From: Desulfatiglandales bacterium
Lineage (GTDB): Bacteria > Desulfobacterota > DSM-4660 > Desulfatiglandales > Desulfatiglandaceae
Assembly: GCA_963662465.1 (NCBI GenBank)
Contig: OY759599.1
Location: 4,544,001 to 4,608,000, forward strand
Direction: 5' to 3'
DNA: 64,000 nucleotides
Position numbers and translations under genes: made by a program. Shown piece by piece: positions 56,888-64,000 of this stretch (position 1 is its first letter; every line of letters begins with the position of its first letter). The notes below the pieces were generated by a model. It was not told the DNA's origin. It saw only the letters and a program-made list of their open reading frames with translations, and made no database searches.

Positions 56888-58972
56888 TTACCTCAGAACT
56901 TTTTTCAAAACATGTTCAAGATCAGCTATTTGATAAGGCTTTGCCATGGCCCCCCGAAAACCGTGTTCCTCAAAATGGGCCATGGCCGGGTCATTGAAAT
57001 ACCCGCTGCATACGATGGCCTTTACACCCGGATCGATCTTGATCAATTCCTTGATGGCCTGAGCCCCGCCCATGCCACCCTTGATGGTCAGATCCAGGAT
57101 GACCCCGCCAAAGGGCTCTCCTGAACCCATGTGCTTCTTGTAAGTTTCGATGGCTTCCGCACCATCCTTTACGGTCTCGACTTCATACCCCAACCGCTCC
57201 AACATCTTTTGAGCCAGGGTCCTCAACATCTCCTCATCGTCCATGACCAGAACCCTTTGGATTGATGATTGTTGATTGATGATTGTTGATTGGGGACCCA
57301 GTTCAGGGCGCTCTGCTCTTTGCACATCGCTCTCTGCGGCAGAGGCCGGCAGGTATATGCTTACGGTTGTTCCTACACCGGTTGTGGAATTCACCATGAT
57401 ATGGCCACCATGTTTTTCAACAATCGCATAGGCCGTCGCCAAACCCAGCCCCATTCCCTTTTGAACCCCTTTTTCCTTTGTAGAAAAATAGGGATCAAAG
57501 ATTCTGTTCAGATGTTTTTCTGGAATACCTCTCCCCTCATCTTTGATGGAGATCTTCACATATTTCCCTTCTTTGAGAGGCGATGCGGAGTCTTTGTCTT
57601 GGTTCTCGATGATTTTGTTTTCGGCCTGAATGGTAATGGTTCCCCCCTGGGGCATGGCCTCCACGGCGTTTGTAAGCACATTGTTTATGGCGTAATGCAT
57701 CTGTCTTGAATCAAATTCCACCGGCCGGAGATCATCCTGGATGGAAAAGACCGTCGATGCCTCATGCGCCTGGGCCTGTCCCTGGATCTCCTTTAGCAGA
57801 CTCTGGATAGAACCCCGTTCTTTTCTGGGATGCCCTCCCTGGGAGAGGGTCAGAAATTGATGGGTCAAATCCCTTGCTTTTAATGATGCCTGTTCAATCT
57901 CATGGAGGAGTCCTCCCATGAGTGAATGGGGGTCAATATCCTCTTGGGCCATGGAGAGGTTCCCCATGATAATGGCTAAAAGATTGTTGTAATCATGGGC
58001 AATGCCGCCTGTCAGCGTACTGATGGCCTCTATTTTATGAATCTGCCTGAGTTGCTGCTCGATCTGTTTTCGCCTGGAAATATCCGTCAAATTCACGATA
58101 CATCCGACTACCTGTTCGGAACCGTCCAAAAGCGGTGTAGCACTCAGTAGTGAAGGGGTGGCGGAATTTCCGGACTTTTCAACAGACACTTCACAGAAAT
58201 GAAAGGTCTCGCCTTTGATCACATGATCAATGGTGAAAGATTCGAATTCCGGAGGATTGTTCGACAGTTTCTCCTTGCATTTGTCGATATGGATACGAAA
58301 AACATCATCAAATCGTTCGTTTAAACAATTACGACCCACCAGGTCAAAAACGACCCGGCTTACGCGGATAATCTTGCCCCGTGCGTCGCAAACAATGATG
58401 ACGTCTGTTGACTGGTCGATAATGGACCGACTCAGGCGCTCCTCGACCAAAATCTTTTCATGTTGCACTTTCATGACAAAATCTGTGCCCACCAGACAAA
58501 AAATGGACATGTTTTCATTGGAAATACGATTGGCGGAAAGGTATACGGGTACGAATCCGCCATCACCGGTTTTGAATCTTACTCCGGCGAATGAACATCC
58601 TGTTTCGCTCCTTTTTAAAAGGGCTTCATAAGCGGGGACATCGTGCTCATGAATATACTGATCCAGCAAACTGCCGATGATTTTTTTAAGCGGCACACCC
58701 AGCATGCCTGCCATGAATTTGTTGGCATACATGATGGTGCCGTCTTTGGCGAGAGAGATCACCCCCTCATGCATCTCTTCAATCAACATGCGGTAGCTGT
58801 AGTCAACGCCCTGGAGGACAAAGATCTGTTGTCCCTCCGGTCCATCCACCACCAACCCGTCCACCTCGCCGCTGCGAATGGCATCCAGGGTTTCCTGCGC
58901 TTCCTGCAAACGCGCAAGCAATTCTTCCTTTTCCAGCGTCAGTTGTTCAATCCGACGTTCCAGATCCGTCAT
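56888..58972 (-). CDS. Kai-associated hybrid kinase (coiled coil, 2 PAS, HisKA, HATPase, REC)
   Basis: ATG 58972 is 2 nt after the kaiB stop; LDAIRSGEVDGLVV; GGIAHDYNN; LVMDDE. Confidence 0.92.
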   Translation of the reverse strand: MTDLERRIEQLTLEKEELLARLQEAQETLDAIRSGEVDGLVVDGPEGQQIFVLQGVDYSYRMLIEEMHEGVISLAKDGTIMYANKFMAGMLGVPLKKIIGSLLDQYIHEHDVPAYEALLKRSETGCSFAGVRFKTGDGGFVPVYLSANRISNENMSIFCLVGTDFVMKVQHEKILVEERLSRSIIDQSTDVIIVCDARGKIIRVSRVVFDLVGRNCLNERFDDVFRIHIDKCKEKLSNNPPEFESFTIDHVIKGETFHFCEVSVEKSGNSATPSLLSATPLLDGSEQVVGCIVNLTDISRRKQIEQQLRQIHKIEAISTLTGGIAHDYNNLLAIIMGNLSMAQEDIDPHSLMGGLLHEIEQASLKARDLTHQFLTLSQGGHPRKERGSIQSLLKEIQGQAQAHEASTVFSIQDDLRPVEFDSRQMHYAINNVLTNAVEAMPQGGTITIQAENKIIENQDKDSASPLKEGKYVKISIKDEGRGIPEKHLNRIFDPYFSTKEKGVQKGMGLGLATAYAIVEKHGGHIMVNSTTGVGTTVSIYLPASAAESDVQRAERPELGPQSTIINQQSSIQRVLVMDDEEMLRTLAQKMLERLGYEVETVKDGAEAIETYKKHMGSGEPFGGVILDLTIKGGMGGAQAIKELIKIDPGVKAIVCSGYFNDPAMAHFEEHGFRGAMAKPYQIADLEHVLKKVLR
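57260..57292. repeat. heptamer tandem repeat (GATTGWT) inside CDS
   Basis: gattgat/gattgtt/gattgat/gattgtt/gattg; encodes QSTIINQQSSIQ linker. Confidence 0.8.
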
Positions 58973-58974
58973 GG

Positions 58975-59322
58975 TTAAGCACCCGGTTCCCTTTCTCTCA
59001 AATCCAGGCCCACCAGCACACGTTCCGTGTTGGACAGGTCGCCGATAATGCGCCGCAACGGAAGCGGCAATTCCTTGATCAGGGTAGGCATGGCCACGAT
59101 CTGTTCCTTTTTCAGTATTCCGGGTTCTTGAAAGGTGTCGATGACCTCCAGCTCGAAACGGCCCTTCAAGTGTTCCTGGCAGATCTGTTTGATATTGCTG
59201 ATGGCCAGCATCGATCTGGGCGTGGTGCCGGTCACGTACAATCGCAGAAGGTAGGTCTTTAGGCTTTTCTGCTTCACGGCGTTTTCGAAATCTCTGGATA
59301 CATCCCTGGGTTGTTCGACCAT
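58975..59322 (-). CDS. kaiB: KaiB family protein
   Basis: YLLRLYVTG.TPRS..A...LEVID..P......I.AMPTLIKELP.PLRRIIGDLS. Confidence 0.95.
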   Translation of the reverse strand: MVEQPRDVSRDFENAVKQKSLKTYLLRLYVTGTTPRSMLAISNIKQICQEHLKGRFELEVIDTFQEPGILKKEQIVAMPTLIKELPLPLRRIIGDLSNTERVLVGLDLREREPGA

Positions 59323-59339
59323 GACAGGACTCCTTCCTT

Positions 59340-59672
59340 CTATAATTTTTGTTTTCTAAGATCCAGCCCCACCAGAACACGTTCCGTGTTTTTTAGAGAA
59401 CCGATGATTCTTTTCATCGGCGGCGGCAGTTTCCTGACCAGTGTGGGAATGGCGAGAATCTGGTCGCCTTTGGCCAATTCGGGGTTTTTCAAGAGATCGA
59501 TCACCTCGATTTTGTAACGTCCTTTCAGCTCCTGTTCACAGATCTTTTTGAGGTTTTCAAACGCCTTCACGCAGTTGGGGGTTTGGCCGGCCACGTAAAG
59601 CCGCAGGGACCACTTATTGCCATTATCCATGTCTTCCATCACTGTTTCCGGTTCCTGTTGTTTCATGACCAT
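59340..59672 (-). CDS. kaiB: KaiB family protein
   Basis: [10 protein letters not shown]...[42 protein letters not shown] before ATG 59672. Confidence 0.95.
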   Translation of the reverse strand: MVMKQQEPETVMEDMDNGNKWSLRLYVAGQTPNCVKAFENLKKICEQELKGRYKIEVIDLLKNPELAKGDQILAIPTLVRKLPPPMKRIIGSLKNTERVLVGLDLRKQKL

Positions 59673-59685
59673 CGGGTTCTCCTTT

Positions 59686-61386
59686 CTAATCCGCACCTCT
59701 CATTTTCGTGAGTTTGCGTATGTTCTGGTTCAGGGAAGTTTTGCTGACGTCCAATTCGGCAAGGGCATGCTCAATCTCTTCTTTTTCCGATTGAAAGGCA
59801 TCCTTAATTTCCTGCATACGGCTTTCCATGGCATTTTCCCTGCGCTTCAAATCCCGTCGCAGGCGCTCCAGCTTCTGCTGTCGCAACTGTTCTTCGGCCG
59901 TTTCGACCGCCTCCTGGTTGATCCGGCTGGTACCGGTGAGCACACCGCCGGGTCCGATGTACGCATCCACCAGTTGGAGGCCGTCGTCGGTGATCAGAAA
60001 TTCACGGATCTGGTTGGAATGGGCCATGCCCCTTGATTTCAGGACATACATGCCCCGGTTGCGCTCACCGTTGAGCTCGATGTCTCTGAGCAGAATCCAG
60101 GTGTCCATGAGCGAGGATATGGCGTTTTGGGTTTTTTCCAGGGCGTTTCCGCCGAAGGTCAGGTCGGTAAAGAAGGAGGTGATCCCTTTCACCTTCATAT
60201 AATCGATCAAACGGGTGAGGGTTTCTTTGACTTCCTTTTCGTCGCCCACGCTGCTTAAATTGGATATGGGATCAATGGCCACCACCGTCGGATTAATATC
60301 GTTAATGGCTTTCACCATCATAGAGAGATGAATCTCCATCCCAAAGGAACTGGCACGCACGGATCTAAAATGCAGCAGCCCATTTTCAGCAGGGGACCTG
60401 AGATCAATCCCGATACTGCCCATGTTGCGCATGATCTGCTGTGGGGACTCTTCAAAGGAAAAATACAACGCCTGCTCGCCGCGGTTGCAGGCGGCGGCCG
60501 CAAAACGGGCTGCCAGAGAACTCTTGCCGGTTCCGGCGGTCCCGGATACCAGGATGCTGGACCCTCGGAAAAAGCCCTGCCCGCCTAACATGGTATCGAG
60601 ACGTTCGACCCCTGTTGGTATTCTCTCTGTTGAAACCGGGTAATCCAGGTTCAGGCTCGTGATGGGGAGAATTGAAAATCCTTTTTCCGTAATCAGAAAC
60701 GGGTATTCATTGGCGCCGTGAGAGGTGCCCCGGTACTTGACGACCCGAATGCGACGGGTAGCCAACTGGTCATTCATGCGGTTGTCCAGAAACACCACAC
60801 AATCCGAAATGTATTCCTCCAACCCGTTGCGGGTAAAGGAGCCTTTGCCCTGCTCACCTGTAATGACCGCCGTCAGACCTTTTTCTTTGAGCCAACGGAA
60901 CAGACGTCGTATTTCGGCGCGCAAAGTCATTTCGTCGGAAAACCCGCTGAAGAGCGCTTCCATGGAGTCGACGGCGATTCTTTTTGCATTGACGGCACTG
61001 AGAGCACTTTCGATGCGGATAAAAAGCCCTTCCAGGTTGAACTCACCGGTCTCTTCAATTTCGCTTCTTTCAATATACACATGGTCCAGGAAGATTTTCT
61101 TCTCCCGGCTCAGGGCTTCCAGATCCCAACCGAGGGAGGCGACGTTTTCAGCCAGCTCACGTTCGTTTTCCTCAAAGGAAATGAATATGCCGGGCTCATT
61201 GAACTGTGTGGCGCCGTTTAATAAAAATTCCATGGCAAAAAGGGTTTTTCCACTCCCGGCACCGCCGCACACCAGTGTTGGCCGGCCTTTAGGGACTCCG
61301 CCCCCTGTAATTTCATCAAACCCTGAAATGCCGGTCCGGCACTTTTCCAAAGCGATGGATGTCTTCTGCTGAGTTTTATGGCTCAT
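59686..61386 (-). CDS. kaiC: double-domain KaiC with C-terminal coiled coil
   Basis: [16 protein letters not shown] and [17 protein letters not shown]; phosphosite region ISSLMDTW. Confidence 0.96.
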   Translation of the reverse strand: MSHKTQQKTSIALEKCRTGISGFDEITGGGVPKGRPTLVCGGAGSGKTLFAMEFLLNGATQFNEPGIFISFEENERELAENVASLGWDLEALSREKKIFLDHVYIERSEIEETGEFNLEGLFIRIESALSAVNAKRIAVDSMEALFSGFSDEMTLRAEIRRLFRWLKEKGLTAVITGEQGKGSFTRNGLEEYISDCVVFLDNRMNDQLATRRIRVVKYRGTSHGANEYPFLITEKGFSILPITSLNLDYPVSTERIPTGVERLDTMLGGQGFFRGSSILVSGTAGTGKSSLAARFAAAACNRGEQALYFSFEESPQQIMRNMGSIGIDLRSPAENGLLHFRSVRASSFGMEIHLSMMVKAINDINPTVVAIDPISNLSSVGDEKEVKETLTRLIDYMKVKGITSFFTDLTFGGNALEKTQNAISSLMDTWILLRDIELNGERNRGMYVLKSRGMAHSNQIREFLITDDGLQLVDAYIGPGGVLTGTSRINQEAVETAEEQLRQQKLERLRRDLKRRENAMESRMQEIKDAFQSEKEEIEHALAELDVSKTSLNQNIRKLTKMRGAD

Positions 61387-62302
61387 AATTGCCCTCCAAA
61401 ATGAATGCTGATTGATTATGGCGTTTGCATAAAGTTTACCCTGCGTGCGTGATGAACTATCGGAAGGAATTTCGCTTCACACTAAAAAGCGTTTTTGGTA
61501 ATTATGCTTTTAAGTTATGCACCCATACATAAAAGCGGAGAAGAAACGACAGGTTGAATGAATGCAAAGACACAATACTTTCGCTTGATTATTCCGTTTA
61601 AGATTCAACTGGCGATTGAATCATAAGGTCATTATTGGGGCCGCATCTTGGATCAACTTCCTCCACAAACAGCGGAGGTCATTAATTGCTGAGATTACTA
61701 TTAAATCCATTAGTTAGTCTAAACCAGTTTTCAAGCACCTGTAAAGCAAAATAAAACAATCATTTGCCAGTCACGAAACCATTGCCTTCGTTTTCACAGA
61801 CCAATTTGCCGGTAACCCAACTGAGAATGGTAGATATCTTCAACAATAATGAAAAATCGGAAAAAGAGTGCCGCTGATACAAGATATGCCAGATATCAAG
61901 TGGGCTTTTCAAAGTTCAAGAAATTTGTGTGATCTTGACAAAGGTCCAGTATGTTGGCAGGTCAAAAAACGTGTAAGATATTCAAGTCTGAGGAATTTGT
62001 AAGACTGATATATCTATTCGATATTAAAACGATTTATATCTTTTAGAGGGCTGCAATACATAGCACAGGTTTTTGTATTATCAAAACTTATTGGGTAATC
62101 CACAAAATTTAATCGCAATATCAGCATTTTCTTCTCCACAAAAATAATTGTGCATAGGTCGCTTTTTTCAAAAAAACTTCTCCACCTGTGACCGTATATG
62201 TTAATCACCTCTGTTATCATAGTCCCAAAAAAATGAATTCCTATCACCCCAGTACCATCTTGCGGAGCTCTCCCGGAGGAATGGACTTCGTATTCCACAT
62301 AG

Positions 62303-62725
62303 CACCGCATAAAACATACCAGCCGGGTAAGGGAAAACCTTGAAGAGATACGGGAAACAATCGACCTCGCCCAACGGGAATTCGCGACAACCGTGGAACA
62401 GTACAGGCGATTAGCATCCAGAGAGATTAACAGCGCCGATCTTGTAAAATATGTAAGGCTGGTATTCGGGCTCAAAGAGCGGAAGTTGAGTCCTGCCCAG
62501 GAAAAACAGGAAAAAATCATACCCAGTGTGACATGGTTGTTTGAAAATGGAAGAGGGAACCGAACCGCCGGCAGGAATTATTGGGGTGCCTACAATGCGG
62601 TCAACGAATACCTGAATTATTTCCGCGGGAAAACTCAGGACAACACCCTGAGCAGTCTCTGGTTCGGTAAAGGCGCCCAACTCAACAAAAATGCTCTCGA
62701 TGTGGCCATGAAATTAGCAGCATAA
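62303..62725 (+). pseudogene. C-terminal fragment of DUF932-type phage/plasmid protein
   Basis: In-frame RIKHT...WGAYNAVNEY...SLWFG.G..L..AL; TAG immediately upstream, no start. Confidence 0.75.
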
Positions 62726-63093
62726 GGTATGGAATTAAGAATAAGCCATCCCTTCGATTCCAGTGAACACGAGAGGAATAGTTTCGATGTGACTGCATTT
62801 CACAAAAGCCTGGGCATCACCTATTTTATCGGGAAGGAAGCTGTCCCTCCAGGGGAGATGCGGCAGACAGTACTGCAAGCATTTTATTGCTTGAAATACG
62901 CCTGTGCATCAGTTTTTTTTCGGCACCTCTATTTTCTATTAAACGGAGTAGCAGGTTGAGACTGATACTAAAAATAAAGTGTTTTGATTGATTTTATCCT
63001 CATTTTGCGATATAAAATTGTGCAACCTATAAACGTGACGCAGTAACAACCTTTTTCGGCAGAGTAAGGATGGCGTATGGCTCACGGATAAAC

Positions 63094-63138
63094 AAAACCC
63101 CGATTCTTTAATATGTGAAGAACGGGTTTTTTTTCTTT
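63094..63138 (+). terminator. intrinsic terminator-like hairpin
   Basis: AAAACCC..TTCTT..AAGAACGGGTTTT then T run. Confidence 0.6.
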
Positions 63139-63249
63139 GGAACTCAGGGATGGATTAGAGCAAGGCCGGTGGCCCCATTTCCCAGAACAGGATTGACTTA
63201 CTCACACCAGAGATGAATATGAACGAACATCAATGGAATTTTGAAAAGC

Positions 63250-63732
63250 TGGTGGTGTCAAATTCGACCAAACCGTTGCCTTGACAGGTTTTTACAGCAA
63301 GAAAGACTATCCGGAAAAGCTACGCTGAATAAAATACTTTGATGCGGAAAAAGGCAGATCATTTATCTTTCTCACGAATCAATTCACCCTACCAGCCATA
63401 ACGATTGCAGAACTATATCGATACAGGTGGCGAGTGGAGATTTGTTTTCAAATGGATCAAACAATATTTGCAAATCAAGAGTTTCTGTGGCACCTTGAAA
63501 AACGCTGTGAAAACGCAAATCTGGATTGCGGTATCAACGTATGTTTTGGTCGCCATAATGGAAAAGCGGCTGAAAATCGATTTGACTCTCTATACTATTT
63601 TACAAATTTTGAGCATCACGTTATTCGAGAAAATGCATATTTTAGAGGCTTTCACGGTAAAAGATTACAGGAGCTAGTTCGCTACTGGACCTATCCAATT
63701 GAAATTATTTGAATCTTAACCGGATATAACTG
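63250..63732 (+). mobile_element. IS4-family transposase remnant with right end
   Basis: DQT..LTGFYSKKDYPEKLR*...FLTN...IAELYRYRWRVE / FKWIKQ.L.IK.F.G...NAVKTQIW; in-frame stop and frameshift; TTAACCGGA-type end at 63716-63732. Confidence 0.85.
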
Positions 63733-63869
63733 ACAATTTACTAAACATGATGAGATCTATTAATCATTGGCGTTGAAACATAATTTGGGCGGATAAATCG
63801 CGTATAATCAGGCTCACAGGCTCAAAAGTATCCCTTTATGTTAACAACAACTAATCCTGGAAAATTTAT

Positions 63870-64000
63870 ATGAAAAAAAAGGTCTTACAACATATTTTTT
63901 CACTTAGAATTTGTGTCGGTTATCTCGGCGAGGCCGATCAATATTCCTGGTGGTCCAGCGGGTTCTTTTCTTCTACGAGCACTGCGTTTCTTTCACCGGT
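63870..64000 (+). CDS. brxE: N-terminus of BrxE-like protein (runs off window)
   Basis: Hand translation MKKKVLQHIFSLRICVGYLGEADQYSWWSSGFFSSTSTAFLSP; LR..VG.LGE...WW..F pattern. Confidence 0.7.
   Translation, partial: MKKKVLQHIFSLRICVGYLGEADQYSWWSSGFFSSTSTAFLSP

Noticed and set aside
58973..59380. Kinase reading frame stays open across the whole second kaiB (830-aa ORF in the track), hinting at a frameshifted KaiB-kinase fusion
   Set aside because: The extension is not protein-like, a good ATG lies 2 nt after the kaiB stop, and the AAAGGGA heptamer is not in the phase needed for -1 slippage
61760..62300. AT-rich stretch with a YVGRSKNV (GIY-YIG-like) peptide and ORF 62014-62520
   Set aside because: Frames are broken by many stops and no second motif is present; the ORF is partly antisense to the DUF932 remnant

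Overview
Bacterial chromosomal window, probably from an anaerobic Desulfobacterota-type (sulfate-reducer-like) organism; this is inferred from gene content only. (1) 1-11.5 kb: a minus-strand metal/iron uptake cluster (dtxR-type regulator with three matching 18-bp boxes, DUF2325 protein, small Cys-rich proteins, feoA-feoB, two periplasmic proteins, porin, histidine kinase, FmdE-like protein, HMA2-type gene cut by the left edge). (2) 11.7-15.5 kb: a cobalamin riboswitch ahead of a CbiX-like miniprotein and class III ribonucleotide reductase nrdDG. (3) 15.7-29 kb: a type IIG-like restriction-modification fusion, mazEF, a ZnuA-like protein, a diheme cytochrome c, a lipase, a Cas4-like nuclease, a PiT transporter and glgC. 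(4) 29-43 kb: two convergent phosphorelay clusters. One contains a stand-alone CarH-type B12-binding domain (Wx9EH + ExHxxG) beside a globin/bilin-domain-like protein, which looks like a split photocobilin wired to histidine kinases, and it is interrupted by a 228-bp MITE. (5) 44-50 kb: a TA/accessory patch (hipBST-like, two AAA_14/DUF4143 ATPases with phased palindromes, a leaderless membrane-peptide pair, truncated hicA plus hicB). (6) 50-61.4 kb: a KaiA-less kaiC-kaiB-kaiB-PAS kinase module joined, across a fossil REC fragment, to cheR and two hybrid kinases. (7) Right edge: mobile-element debris (DUF932, IS4) and the start of a brxE-like BREX gene. No rRNA, tRNA or CRISPR array was seen. 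All family calls are by motif recognition; no database search was run.
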